Positions 12,670-27,169 of a DNA stretch of 64,000 bases are shown here, piece by piece (position 1 is the stretch's first letter; each line of letters opens with the position of its first letter). The notes beneath the pieces are model-generated. The model had not been told where the DNA came from and did no database searches. It saw nothing but the letters and a program-made list of their open reading frames with translations. The position numbers and the translations under genes were made by a program. The stretch comes from the human T2T-CHM13v2.0 reference genome, Homo sapiens, in NCBI RefSeq assembly GCF_009914755.1, contig NC_060929.1. One strand, given 5' to 3'.

Positions 12670-15340
12670 AAGTGACAAAATTACATTTAGGAGAAGTAAG
12701 TTCTGGCATTTGATTGCTGTATTAGGCTGTTTTGCAACTGCTATAAAGAAATACCTGAGACTGGATAATTTATTAAGAAAAGAGGTTTAAATGGCTCATG
12801 GTTCTGTAGGCTGTACAAGCATGGTGTTGACATTGCTTGGCTTCTAGTGAGGCCTCCGGGAGCTTTTGCGCATTGTGGAAGGTGAATTGGGAACAGGTAC
12901 ATCATGTGGTGAAAGCAAGAACAAGAGAGAAAGGTAGAGGTGCCACACAATTTTCAATGACCCATTATTGTGTGAACTCAGAGCAAGAACTCACTTATCA
13001 AGGGGATGGCCCAAGTCATTCATGAGGAATCTACTCTCATGATCCAAACACCTCCCTTTGGACCTCACCTCCAACACTGGGATTACAATTCAACATAAGA
13101 TTTGGTGTAAACATATATTCAGACCGTATAATTTCACTCCTGACTCCCCAAATCTCATTCTTTCTCACATTGCAAAATACAGTCATACTGTCCCAACAGT
13201 CTCTCAAGATTTTAACTCATTCCAACGTTAACTCAAACATTCAAAGTTTCATCTGAGACAAGGTGAGTCCCTTTCACCTATAAGCCTGAAAAATTACAAA
13301 CAAGTTATTTTAAAGACACAATGGGGATACAGGTATTGGATAAACATTCCTGTTCCAAAAGGGAGTAATCAACCAAAAGAAAAGGGCTACAGGCCGCATT
13401 AAGGTTCAAAACACAGAGATGTTCAGTAGTCATTAAATATTAAAGCTCCAAAATAATCACATTTGCCTCCATGTCCCACATCCTGGGCATACTGGTGCAA
13501 GGGGTCAGATCCCAAGACCTTGGGCAGCTCCACCCCTGTGGCTTCTCAGGGTTCAGCTTCTGTTGCTACTTTCATGGGGTGGAGTTGAGTGCCTTTGTTT
13601 TTTTTCCAGATGCAGGGTGCAAGCTGCCAGTGGATCTACCATTCTCAGGTCTGGAGGATCGTGGACCCCTTCCCACAGCTCCACTAGGTAGTGCCCCAGC
13701 GAGGACTCTGCATGGGGCCTCAAACCCCACATTTCCCCTCTACACTTCCCTAGTCGAGGATCTCTGTGGAGGTTGCTCCCATGCAACAGGCTTCTGCCTT
13801 GCACCCAGGCTTTTTCATATATCCTCTGAAACCTAGGTGGAGGCTGACAAGCCTCCTTAACTCTTACACTATGTGCTCCTGCAGGCTTAGCATCATGTGG
13901 AAGCCACCAAGGCTTACAGCTTGTACCCTCTGAAGCAGAAGCCCAAGCTATACCTGGGGCTCTTTGAGCAGAGACTGGAGGCAGAGTAGCCGGGATGGAG
14001 GAGCAGTGTCCCAAGGCTGCAGAGAGAGTGGGACACCAGGCCTGTCCCACAAAACTATTCAGTCCTTGTAGGGCTCAGGGCCTGTGATGGGAGGGGCTGT
14101 CTGGGAGATCTCTGAAATGCCTTCAAGATCCTCTTCCCACTGTCTTGAATATTAGTACTTGGCTCCCTTTTAGTTACACAAATACCTCTAGCAAGTGGTT
14201 GCTTACCAGACTACTTACATTTTTCTCCCAAAAAAGCTTTTTTTTTCTTTGACACATGACCAGGCTGCAATTTTTCTAAGCCTCAGTGCTCTGCATCCTG
14301 TTTAAATGTAAATTCCAACTTAAAGTCATTTATTTGCTCCTGCATCACAGATCCCTATGGCATAAACAGAATGGAGCCAAGTTCTTTACTAAGGCATAAC
14401 TCATGTGACCTTTGCTCTGGTTTCCAATAAGTTCATCATTTCCATCTGATACCTCCTTAGCCTAGACTTCGCTGTCCATATCACTATCAGCATTTTGGTC
14501 ACAATTGTTTAACCAGTTTCTAAGAAGTTCCAAACTTTCCCTCATCTTTCTATCTTCTGAGCCCCCTAAAATCTTTCAACTTCTGCCCATTACCAAGTTC
14601 CAAAGTTGCTTTCACATTTTTGTGTATCTTTATAGTTATGCCCCTCTACTCAGTACCAATATTATACATTAGGCCATTCTTGCATTGCTATGAACAAAAA
14701 CATAAGACTGGAAAATTTATAAAGAAAAGAGGCTTAATTGGCTCACAGATCTGCGGGATGCTCAGTCATGGCACTGTCATCGCATGGCTTCTGGGGAGGT
14801 CTTAGGGAGTTTTACTCATAGTGAAAGGTGAAGTGAGAGCAGGTACATCACATGGCAAAACTAGAAGCATGAAAGAGAGAGAGTGGGGGGGTTGTGGGAG
14901 ACGCCACAAACTTTTAAATGACCAAATCTTGTGTGAACTCAGTGTGAGAGCTTATTTATCACCAAGGGGATGGCCCAAGTCATTCATGACAGATTTGCCC
15001 TCATGATCCAACCACCTCCCACCAGGCTGCACCTCCACCATTGGGGATTACAATGCAACAAGAGATTTGGTTGGGGACATGTATTCAAACCATATCAATT
15101 GCAAAGAAGGGTGACTATCGTTAATAAGAACATATTGTATGTTTCAAAATATTAGTCGAGAGGATTTTGAATGTTCTCACCATGAAGAAATAATAAATAT
15201 TTAGGTGAAGAATTTACCAATTACCCTGATTTGAACATTACGAAATGCATTCGTATATTGACATTACTCCATAAATATTTACCCCATAAATATGTAACTT
15301 ATTATGGGTCAGTTCAATAAAATAAAACTTAAAAAAAGTG
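12670..15340 (+). mobile_element. L1MA 3' UTR split by the MSTB provirus (pieces ~12670-12717 and 15098-15340)
   Basis: 'caaaattacatttaggagaagtaagttctggcatttgattgc' continues as 'attgcaaagaagggtgactatcgttaataag...ttaccctgatttgaacatta' and ends in an A-rich tail. Confidence 0.85.
12718..15097 (-). mobile_element. Full-length MSTB-like MaLR provirus (LTRs ~12718-13131 and ~14665-15097; internal ~13132-14664)
   Basis: Two antisense MST LTRs flank an MST-int; perfect 5-bp TSD ATTGC at 12713-12717 and 15098-15102. Confidence 0.93.
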
Positions 15341-16019
15341 AAGGAGGAGAAGTCAGGCTATGTCTTCTTTTCTTTTTCCCAGTCTTAGAACTTCATTAGA
15401 AAAAAAAAAAGAAAAAAATAGTCTCCAGTGAAACTTTGGTTCTCACTGCTTCTTAACTCCATAAAGATATAGAAGTCAATGTTATAAAAATGAGTAAATA
15501 ACATTCCAAATTATTTTTCTTTTAAATTTATTGGAAATTATTTTTAAATTTGGTCATGTAATTGCAGTACCTCTAGTGTAAAGTACAGAAGAAGTTTATG
15601 GAAATATGATTCCTGTATGTGCTCAAATGACTACTTCAAGTCTACAGGCTGCTCATCATAACTCTTGCAAGGAGGATATATATAAACTATATGCCAAGTA
15701 AATTCCTGAAAAAAACATGCAAATTTGTTGCCTATTTGGGAAACTGTAAAAATTATATTTTAGATAATATACATAAAGCTGGTTTATTTTGGTTTATTAA
15801 TTGGTTTTGATTTGGTTATCCGTTATAAAGATACCATGGAAATTAATAAAATAAGCAAACGTGACTTGTCTCCTCCGGATTTTTGTCACAAATATTTGGT
15901 AAACTATGCTATCATGAGAGAGAAGCACACAGCATTTACCACTTTTAATCAGAAATGATCCCCACAAGAAGAATTTTCTGACCAATAAAGCTGGGCATCA
16001 CAAGGATATTAGAATGAAA

Positions 16020-16203
16020 CATCCTGGTTCCCGGCATCATGCTGCCACTTATCAGTTCACAATTTCCTATCCTGTAAAACAAGAATAATAACAGTGACTA
16101 CAAAAAAAAAAATGTGGCTGTGAGAATTAACAAATAAAACTCATGTTAAGTTCTTAGCATGGTACCTTAATACATAGTTAATGTTGCATACATTTTAGTT
16201 ATT
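16020..16203 (+). mobile_element. MIR
   Basis: 'caatttcctatcctgtaaaacaagaataata...gtgagaattaa...cttagcatggtacct'. Confidence 0.6.
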
Positions 16204-16699
16204 TTTAATTTTTCTTTCTTGGAATTTTAAGATGCTGTATACAGTCAAGATATTTATTATAAAAACGTTATTCTTAATGCATCATTTATATAAAGTGTTC
16301 CATGGAACTCACCCCAGGAAATACTAATATAGAATATTTGAGCAACTATTAACATTAGAACTGAGTTATTTGAAAATCACAATCATCAGCTAACCCTACC
16401 AGATGAATGGAACATGATTATGTGTTTCAGTTTATCCACAGGACATGGACAAAAATGACCATCAAGCATTTTTCACATTGTGAGGGTCCTTTATTAGGAT
16501 AATTTCTCTCTATGAAATGTACCTTTCTATTTTACTATTGTTGGGTAAGTTCTAAATTAATTTTAATAAAGTATAGAAAAGTATATGCAGGTGTCTTAGA
16601 ATAGTCTGCAATATTTATAGAAAAGAGTCCTAAAGAATCATTTCAAACTCCTTCCTCAGTTAAACTACCCAATAAACCACTCCTTAAATGCAATTTGTG

Positions 16700-17018
16700 C
16701 TTTTCCATTCCAATGCCTTTGCACAAGCGGTTTTCTCTCCATGGCAATTCATTTTTATTTAGAGCTACCTGTTGAAATAAGCCCAGTGTTTAAGACCTCT
16801 CTCAAATAAAATCAGCTTCATGAGATATTTCTCCATTTCACGCTCTTCTTGCATCTTATGACACTTCATTCTCCAATCTTGCTCATATACGTTTCCATAT
16901 TGTCCTCAATAGTAGGCAACCTTAGGCAACCTTGAGTTATTAATCCATTAATCATCTGGTATACTTAAGACTTTGTAAGTGGTAAATGGTAAAAGCAATT
17001 TGTTGAGCTCAAGTGAAC
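16700..17018 (+). mobile_element. L2 3' end, degraded
   Basis: 'gcctttgcacaagcggttttctctcc' and terminal 'atttgttga...tgaa'. Confidence 0.45.
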
Positions 17019-19576
17019 TATAGATAAAATATATTTATTTATGTCATACCTTAAGAAAACTAAAAGAGTTGCATCATTCTATAGTCCTATCATTCTGGCA
17101 ATCACAAATGATAATATTGTTACTGGAAAATAAAGCTATTTTTAACCTAGTATGATGATAAAATAAGGAAAGTGATGATAATATGTGACTCTTTATCTTA
17201 TAGTGAAATGAGGTAAATAGACAGGTGATCAGAAAATATTGGAGAGTTCATACCTGAATTACAAGTTAAAAATAATCCTTCCTTATTTACAGAAAATATC
17301 TTAAAATAATTTAAGTGTATTCCTCCTAGCATAAATATGAGGAAAATGCAATCTTGAGAGTTCAAGTGGCCTCACAATATCATCTAGCAAGTCAGTAGGA
17401 GTGCCAGGATGACAAAGAACCCAATAATAATAATTCCTAGTCCTCTGCACTATCTATTCTATCACAAAACAGATGTGCTCTAATAAAAATACATGTTGGT
17501 GCTCTTATTTTTCAACCCACTCAATGAAGCTAATTATTACTTCTTAAATATAAAATTCATTACTTTTAAAAATATTATCATAATTAAAGTAACCTTAGAT
17601 CGCTTCCTATCTCTTTTGTACTAAATTTGGGCAAATGAGCATATTATGCACTTATCTTTATCACATCTCTGGAATATGATGGAAGGGCTCAAAGACATTG
17701 TTCAACAGTGGTCCGCTTCACAATCATTGCATCCAGGTTGACTTTGTGTACAAAAAATGGCTAAGACGTGCTAAAGACTTGTGCCTTTGAGCTGTCTCTG
17801 TGATCCTTTGAGTTTTCTTTTCCATCATGTAGACAGTTTTGGGAAATTTCTTAACCCTCGTTAGTGTTTTCTCTTCGGGAAATTATTGGAAATTATATCT
17901 CCCTCTGATCTTCCTTTTCTGTATTTTAGACGTCCGTTTTTCCTTTAGACAGATCTCCTCCCTCCATTTTTGTGCATTATTTATCTCAGTAATTTTATAG
18001 TTTCTATTTTATATACTAAGTAGTTTCCAAAAATCTTACTCACTATTCTCTTTGTGCATAAACATGATTGCTTTTGATTCTAGAATCTGTATTCATATTT
18101 TATTTATTCATTTTTTTTTCAATTATTAATTTATTCTTTACATAGTACTCCTCATGTACAAGGCATTGACTTTGTTCTGGGGAGATGATAGTGAACACTG
18201 TTGTTTAATGCCCTGCTTAGACAACTCTCCAGTTGCCAGCACTATTCCATCTGGTCCATTTAAAAATATGAAGAGAAAATCTAGAATCATCAGTCATTTA
18301 AAGTTTTAAAAAAAACAGCATGAAACATGGGAACCAAACATTTGAAACAGAAGACTTACCCACAAGTAGCATAGTCAATGGAAAAGAGAGTAAATAACTA
18401 AAGTGAATATAATAAATGTATTTGAAGTTATTTTGAGGTAATAGTACATCAATTAAAAAGTATAAGACACCTTTCACTTGTGACACTGTAGGAAATCAGA
18501 TAACCTAAAAATGTTTCCACTACAAAAGCACAAGAGTTTTCCCATAAAATATTAAAAACATGCTAATAACCTATAGTTGAGCTGGCAGAAAAGTAAGGGG
18601 AATCCATAGGTTTCTAAAGGGGAGAAGACTAAAAAATCAGAGTGGTTAAGCATGTGTTGAAACTTTGGTGGTGGAAATGGCAGTATATGTGCTCGTTGGG
18701 GAAGGTTGCTAATCTCTTTAAACAAAGAAACTGTTTCTCTTTAATTTCTCATGTTGATATAAATCTCAAACTTCCTCCTGAAGAGATACGTATTTTGAAT
18801 GAAGAAATTGTATTGATTATTCACTTTGGAACTATTTTGAGTAGCTAAAGAATTAAATGTCTGGATGTCTGATTAATAAAGTACATTGGGCTATCTCAGA
18901 ATTGTGAACAGCAATTTATAATATATTAGAATTTTGTAACATATGTGCCATTGTTAACCAACATTAGTAGTTTTAGTTGGGGCACACCTACAGAGCCATT
19001 TTATCATCTCTGGGGTACAGTAAGAGTGAAATGCAATCACCAATGTAATATTAAGAAAGAAATATGCTCTCCATTTAATTATCAGCTTAGGAAAAATGAT
19101 TGAAAACACAAGATAAGAAATCCCTGCTCAAATTTTATACTTGATTTTGTTATCATCAATACTTATTAGTTTAAGGTCATTTATCAGCTTATACACATCT
19201 CTTGAGACCTATGCTGTGAAATAATGTTTTCTGAAATTGTTCTGAATGATTACTTGCTTCTTACACGAATTCATGTTGAGAAAAACTCCTTTAAAAAGTG
19301 TTCCTTATAAACATACATATCAGACTAGCAGGAACAACTATTTTCTTATCTTCAGTCATCTGTGTATGATATACTTAACATTTTCTTCTATTGTTTGGTA
19401 ATACTTGAAAATTTATTAAGTCTTAATTATTTACTTGTTACCCACAAATTAAGTTACATAGATTATTATAAGTACCATTTTATATTTATAATTTATATTT
19501 GACTCCTGCTAGGTCTAAAAATAATTGAAGAGTCTAATATTTGAATAGTCTAAACATAATTGAAAATGGGTTTCCA

Positions 19577-19906
<330 letters not shown>

Positions 19907-20417
19907 TTATTTTCCTTAAAAGAAATCCAAAACAATAAAGTAGAACTTTAAAATTATGATTCTAAGAGCACTGCTTCTAAGATTGTTGTGTTGTAGCTGG
20001 GTCTATGCTGGTAATGCTGGTAGAAGGGTACACTTAATTAATCAAATGGTTGCCAATATTGAGTTTAGATTAAATTATGTAAGTTATTTTAATAAACTTG
20101 TATGCATTAGAAAAAAAATCAAAGATATTTATTCACTTTATTTACCTAGAAACATACTATTTGAATTTCAACTTGGTGCTAATATTGCAGTAAGGACTTT
20201 AAATCCTACAAAATATATATCTGCAGTTTTCAGATACTTAATTATGTCTGAGGTGCCTAAATCACCTGTATTTTGGCTGTATTGTGTAGCAGAACTACAG
20301 CTATACTTCAGTGAAACAAAATATTCTGATTTGAATTAAACATTTTTAATGCTGTATCAGAAGATACTTATGTCATGGGTATGGATATTAAGTATAAAAG
20401 CAATTTTCAAAAAGCTG

Positions 20418-20886
20418 CTTTCATTAGTTTCCTATGGCTGCTGTAACAAATTATCACAAACTTAGTAGCTTAAAGCAAGGGAAATTTATTCTGTCTGTTC
20501 TGGAAACCAAAAATCCAAAATCAGTATTGCCTGGAAGAAATAGAGCCAGCAGGACCATATTCCCCCTGGGGAGAATCCATATCCATCACTTGCCTCTTCT
20601 AGGTTCTGGCGGCTGCTGGCATTCATTGGCTTGTGGCCACATCTTTCTTTCAGCCTTTGTTGTCACATTGCCTTCTATTCTATCTGCCAAATCTTCCTCT
20701 GCCTCCCTTTTATAAAGATACGTGTAATTACATTTAGGGCTTATTGGAAAAATTCAGGATAATCTCCCCATCTGGAGATACTTAATTATATCTGCAAAGC
20801 CCTTGTTTGTCATTTAAGGTAACAATTACAGGTTTCAGAGTTTAGGGTGTGAGTATCTCTTGGGGGCCATTATTTAGTCTACCATA
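20418..20886 (-). mobile_element. MLT1C-like MaLR solo LTR
   Basis: 'ttagtttcctatggctgctgtaacaaattatcacaaacttag...gggggccattatttagtctaccata'. Confidence 0.85.
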
Positions 20887-20920
20887 CTCCTTCTCAGCAA
20901 TCTTAAGATTTTCAAAGGTT

Positions 20921-21790
20921 CAAATCAAAATCACAATGAAGTATCATCTTACCCTAGTTAGAAAGGCTATCATCAAAAAGATAAAAAACAACAAATGCTG
21001 ATGAGGGTAATGAAAAAAGGGAACTCTTCTACACTGTTGAGGGTAATCTAAATTACTATTAACATTATGGAAAACAGTATAGAGATTTTAACAAAAACTA
21101 AAAATAGAACTACCATATGATCCAGCAATCTCACTACTGGGTATTTATCCAAATGAAAGGAAATCAATATATTGAAGAGATACCTGCACCCCCAGAAGTT
21201 CATTGCAACTCTATTCACAATAGCTAAGATATGTAATCAATCTAAGTGTCCATCAACAGACAAATGGATTAAAAAACATGGAATGTATACACAATGGAAT
21301 ACTATTCAGCCGTAAAAAGGAATAAAATACTGTCAACGCAGATGAGGCTGGAGGACATTATGTTAAGTGAAATAAATCAGGCACAGAAACACCGCAGGTT
21401 CTCACTCACATACGGGAGGAAAATAAAATTTGAGCTAATAGAAGTACAGAGTAGAATTGTGATGATTAGAGGCTGGGAATTATTGCTAGGAGAGAAGAAC
21501 AGGAAAAGATTAGTTAATGGATACAAAGTTACAGCTACATGATAGGAATAAGTTTTATTGTTCTGGAGTGCTGTATGGTAAATATGGTTAACAATAGTTT
21601 AGTGTGCATATTCAAAAAGCTAGAAAAGATTTTCGAATGTTCACAACACAAATGATAAATGTTTAAAGTGATGAGTATGCTAATTACTCTGATTTAATCA
21701 TTACCCATTGTATACATGTACTAAAATATCACTCTGTATCTCAAAAAATATGTACAATTATTAAATGTCAACTAACAATTACATTAAAAA
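20921..21790 (+). mobile_element. L1MA 3' end (ORF2 C-terminus plus 3' UTR), 5'-truncated
   Basis: 'aatagaactaccatatgatccagcaatc'; ORF MEYYSAVKRNKIL...; L1MA-type 3' UTR. Confidence 0.92.
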
Positions 21791-21854
21791 TTCAGAACTC
21801 CTAATTCCTTATGCATAAATGGTGACTTAAAAATTTATTAATCTTAAAAATTCT

Positions 21855-22160
21855 GGCCAGGAACGATGACTCATGCCTGTAATCCTTGCACTTTGGGAAG
21901 CTGAGGTGGGTGGATGTCTTGAGCCCAGGAGTTTGAGACAAGCCTGGGGAACCTGGCGAAACACTATCTCTACTAAAAATACAAAAATTAACCAGGGCAC
22001 ATACTTGTAGTCCCAGCTACTCAGTAGAGTAAGGTGGGAGAATCACCTGAGCCTGGGTGGTCAAGGCTGAGGTGAACCATGATCTTGCCACTGCACTCCA
22101 GCGTGGAGGACAGTGAAACCTAATCTAAAAACAAAAAACAAAAAACAAAACCCCAAAAAA
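21855..22160 (+). mobile_element. AluJ
   Basis: 'cttgagcccaggagtttgag' and 'tcaaggctg' are AluJ diagnostics; 'aaaaattct' on both flanks. Confidence 0.95.
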
Positions 22161-22259
22161 TTCTTAGTGAATTTTGAGTCATAATGTGATTTCTGAGGAT
22201 ATAGAACTGTGTTAGGCAATACCCTATAGGGCTTTTAGAGTTTAAGATTCAGTGCATAA

Positions 22260-22700
22260 CTTCATGCATCTCTGTTTTTGATAATAATACCATTCATTCA
22301 ACTAAAACCAGAAACCTAAGACACATCCCTCTCCCTCACTGCCCTCCCTTGCCTACTCTAATTTGTCATTTGTCCTTGGACTTGGGCTCCAAATTGCTTT
22401 CAGATTTTCCCATTATCCTCCATTTCTTCTGTTGCCACCCTAGCCCATACCATTGTTAACCCTTGTCTGAAGTGCTGCAATAACTTCTTTATCGGTCTCA
22501 ATTTACTATAAATCCCTTTCAAATTCATTCTCAGCCTTGCAGTTTCAAAGCATTTTCAAAGCACAAATATAATATTTGCATTAAGAATAAATTCCTTCTT
22601 TGATTTTAGGATGAAGATCAAATTTCTCAAATGGCCAAAAAGTTGTAGTGCCAGACTTTCTTAAGTTTGGCTACTACCACTTTCCCCATAATTTTGTGCA
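22260..22700 (+). mobile_element. L2 fragment
   Basis: 'ccagaaacctaagac...tgccaccctagcccataccat...tgcaataacttc...ggtctc'. Confidence 0.7.
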
Positions 22701-22739
22701 ATTCAGTCCACTGCTCTGTAAGGGGGCAGTGGTGGTGGT

Positions 22740-23205
22740 GGTCCGGATCTACTTCTGTTCACAGCCCCAAAGACCACATGATTGATCAATCTAGTCATAC
22801 TGAAAGGTCTAAGGCAGGCAAACACCCAAGGCACCACCATGAGCCCAGCTAAAACTCTTTTTATTTGAACAGAGTGGAGTTATCTCACACTCTGATTTTC
22901 TTAAAGATCATCATGATGGGAAATTTTGAAATGAGCTGAGGAAATATAGAAACTGTCACAGAAGGAAGCAGAACTTCTGGAAAAGAGAAGTACAGATAAA
23001 CTGCAGAGTCAGGGGGATAAGGAGATGAGCCCATGTTTCTGACTTTGTGCTGCCAGAACATGAAGCTTCACTATTTTAGTTCTTTGATTCTATGAGATCT
23101 TGCTGACCTTAAAACAAACTTTCTCTCTAGTCTCACCCTTTTTGTTCATTTATTCTGAAACTTGAATGGGTTTTTGTTTATTGAAACAAAAGGGCACTGG
23201 ATAGG
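22740..23205 (+). mobile_element. Ancient LTR (MLT1/LTR16/LTR33-like), uncertain
   Basis: 3' end 'cttgaatgggtttttgtttattgaaacaaaagggcactggata' resembles old ERVL/MaLR LTR termini. Confidence 0.35.
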
Positions 23206-23529
23206 TCAAGAAATTAAAGTTAGAAAAGACAGGAAATCTGTGGTAAAGTACATGGATTTATTGACAACATATTTTTTATAGCATAAATAGATCCCAGTTT
23301 CACATTACACATGTCCCAATAATGTTAAAATAAGAAACGTTAAGATTAAGAAGTTAGAGCTTATCTTATAGGCAAAGTAATTGTACAATTGATTTGTAAA
23401 TGTTTAAACTGACTTTTTTTGGTAGATAGATGCTTCTTACTATCTCAGAAAACATTGGAAACATTCAGCAAATATGAACTGCTTTGGTTAACACGTTGCT
23501 GATACTGATAATTACATCTTTTTTGAATT

Positions 23530-23790
23530 TAGTTAATTTAATTGATTAGTTCAGGGTATTAATGAGGTCATAGTTATAGATCTTATAGTTAGCTCTGTTC
23601 CATTTAAGTGACCACAGATTGACTTCCCACCTCAATTAGCCACCACTGCTGTGTATCATTAACTGCAATAGCGACTAAATTAAAATGTGAGATTGCATCT
23701 CTATGATGACTGCTTTGGAGAAATGATTCAAACCTTGTGCTTTACTTATTATGGGTCGCTAGTTTCATCTTTGTGTGTGAAAACTAGGAT
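23530..23790 (+). mobile_element. MamSINE1-like ancient tRNA-derived SINE
   Basis: Blocks 'taatgaggtca', 'agttagctctgttcca', 'accacagattg', 'ggagaaatgattcaaa', 'gggtcgctagtttcatctt...gtgaa' are colinear with the recalled MamSINE1 consensus. Confidence 0.5.
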
Positions 23791-24840
23791 ACTTTATATC
23801 TTTAATAATGAGACAGAGAAAAACAACCCTTTCTTTATTTCTTTCCTTTCTCTGTGAATATTCATATAAAAGACTTTTTAAAAAGTTTCTTGGAACATAA
23901 ATTAAGCCTTCCTTAAAATTCTGAAGACTCATTTCTATCCTTCAACAATTACATCAACCATTTTAATTGTTTTGATTATCTGCTATCACTTTTCCATATA
24001 GTTGCACCAAGAAGAAACACCAACTAAGAGTTAAAGTTGCTCATGCAATTAGAATAATTACCTTAATGTTATAAACTTATAGCAGTCCTACTACTGGAAA
24101 TCATTAGTGACTGCAGTCAAATATTATATAAAGTAGATTTTTACTTCCATTGTGTTAAACTTATGTATTAAAGTGAAGAAAAATAACAGAAAATAACAGA
24201 AATTATGAATCATAGACACAGTTAGAATTTAGTAAAGAGTTGATGGCTACATGGAAGAAATTGAAGGTCCTTATCATTTTCCAAAATAAAAATTTAATTA
24301 ATGGCTAATCTCAGGATAATGTCTGAATTTCTCATAAAATTGCTGTAGTTGAGTCATCACTGAATCAGCTTTGCCTGAAGTTGGTCTCAGAGGATTTCAG
24401 ATAATATTTTGAATATATGATGCATACATAAAATTCTCAGGTATTCGCCTGCAGCTAATTAAGTGATTTAATTTTCCTTTACTAATTCCTGAGTTTAATA
24501 AGAAGCCCAAATCGTGACACTGTGTTAGCCTATACTTCTTTAAATGGGAAGAAGAGGGGTTAGATCAACGTAGGTACCATACTAAATCCACTATGCTTAC
24601 TAATCAAATTCTCATATCGAGATATAAAAATTTGATTGTATGTTTCAGATCCAGCATCTATTAAACACCATATTACCAGATTTGAATGATGGAATTTAGG
24701 GAATATCAAAATTAACACAATTCTTCCCAATTACACCTTGTGTAAGCTAATGCAATTTCAATTCTGAGATTTATTTTATAAATGGATTTTGCACCTAACA
24801 GAATAGTTCCTTTTCTATAACCTACTTTCTTTTAAAAAAA

Positions 24841-24909
24841 TGTATATGTGTGTGTGTATATATATATATATATGTATATGTATATGTGTATATATTTTTA
24901 TATATACAT
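24841..24909. repeat. (TG)n(TA)n compound microsatellite
   Basis: Seen directly. Confidence 0.9.
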
Positions 24910-25140
24910 AATGGATTTGTGTTTGCCTGATTGTAATGTGAGAGAATCATACTATATATGCTATAGTATATGTATTTTATATTTTTCTTTATAATATGGA
25001 AATTCCTATGGATTAATATAAAAATATGCTTAAATAATCTAATTTATATTTGTATGCAAAATGCTCAAATAAAGATTAATTAGTTTACATAAATTGGGTT
25101 ATATCACATGTGCTGGATGATTTTTCTTTAGGGCTGGTAC

Positions 25141-25336
25141 AAGATTGCCTGACTTAGCAAAAATCAATTAAAAATAAATACAGGATGCCTAGTTAAATAT
25201 AAATTTCAGACAAACAAAAACACATTTTTATTATGTGTATCTCCCAAATATTACGTGGGGCAGATTATACTAAAATATTATATCTTGTTTATTTGAAATT
25301 CCAATGTACCTGGGTATCATATGTCATGTGGGCAGG
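25141..25336. mobile_element. MER53 palindromic hAT MITE
   Basis: 'ttgcctgacttagcaaa...caggatgcctagttaaatataaatttcagacaaacaa' mirrored by 'ttgtttatttgaaattccaatgtacctgggtatc'. Confidence 0.85.
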
Positions 25337-25499
25337 ACTTTTGGTCTATTTTCTCTTTTATATTGCTCCGACTTCCTTGTCCCACCCCCTTTTTCAGCAC
25401 CCAGCTATCTTATAAAAGACAACCTATATTAAAAACCATAGGCAAATCCTTTGAGACTCTTTTTATGGTCATATAAAAGCACACAGTCATGTTAATATG

Positions 25500-25760
25500 T
25501 ATTAATAGTAATAGATTATTATTGAGTAATTAGTATAAGTAAGGTACTCTTAAGTATGTTACATATGTATTTAAATCAATTCTCAGAATAACCAGTAATA
25601 TGATAGAAAGTATTACTATTAGCTCCTTTGTATATATTTGAAAAATTAGTCTACAAACATTAAGAAACATGCTTAAAGTGATACAGTTAATAAGTTGTAT
25701 ATTAGAATTGGGATTTAGACCTTAGGATACTGACTCAACTTGCATTCTAACTATTAACTA
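25500..25760 (-). mobile_element. MIR
   Basis: Full-length degraded antisense MIR layout ending 'gggatttagaccttaggatactgactc'. Confidence 0.55.
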
Positions 25761-26738
25761 TTTTTATGTGTATTTATATACCTGTATTTTACAAATATTA
25801 AAACTATCTTTCATCTAGTAAATGCTAAGAAATGGAAAATTCCAACTACTCATACTCAAAAAGTTCAGAGAATTTAATTTTTAGTAAACCAACTATAGCA
25901 TTATTGCAAAAATAGCATTGTAAAACATAGTAAATTAGCTTGACATTATAATAAATTTATTTCAAAGCTTTGTGTAGCATAAATTGTGACTTTACAAAAA
26001 TGTTTAATTTATTTAAACCTGAATTATTTTCCTTATATATTTTCTCCCTTAAACTTTTCTCTCTCTTACCTACATATAAATAAACAGCTATTGTGTGTGT
26101 GTGCATGCATGTATGTTATCAACATATAAACATACTTGTGGAAAATATATTAAGATTTTTACTTAGCATATATGCCCACTCGGAAGATATTTTTAACTTA
26201 GTATGCCTATGCACATTTTCTAAAATAAATATTGCGCATTTAATACTGCAAGTCAGTTTGAAACACATTTTAACTGAGTTTCTGAGGCTTTACAGCTGCT
26301 ACATTTCAAACTCAGGGAGCCATTCTTGAAAGCAGAGAACATCTCACAGTTCTTTGCTATCTGAACTAAAATAGTTTTATTTTTAAAACACTTAGGAAGT
26401 TGGGTCATAAATTTAGTAATATTTAGACAGACAAAGATGTTACTAAAGTAGTTATCCTCTACAAAAATATGAGGTAAGAGATTGAACAACTTCAGCCACC
26501 CAGTATCTGATGTTATGAAATCCCAGTTTCTCATTCTACTACAGTTTGTAATGCAATTCCATATTATTAAGTGGACAGATGTGAATACCATGTATTCTGT
26601 CTGCAAGAAAAGACAATGCCAATACTTCATAGACAAGTCAGATCAAAGTTCTACAAAGCTGTCTTTGAGAAAAATATACATTGTTTGATTATTAGAAAGA
26701 ATAACATATATAAAGAAATAAATACATGTATTTATTTA

Positions 26739-27016
<278 letters not shown>

Positions 27017-27169
27017 AATACATATTTTAGTACATGTTTAATTATCTAGTAACTCTACTGACAAAGATCCTTCAGTGCTTATGGTGAGTGTGTGTAACAA
27101 ACAGCGATCATCATAATGTATTCTTGGAATGGCACTAGCAAGATACTACTACTTATAATAGACAATAAT

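Noticed and set aside
18480-18700. Possible old L1M 5' region
   Set aside because: Similarity too weak to call without a search.
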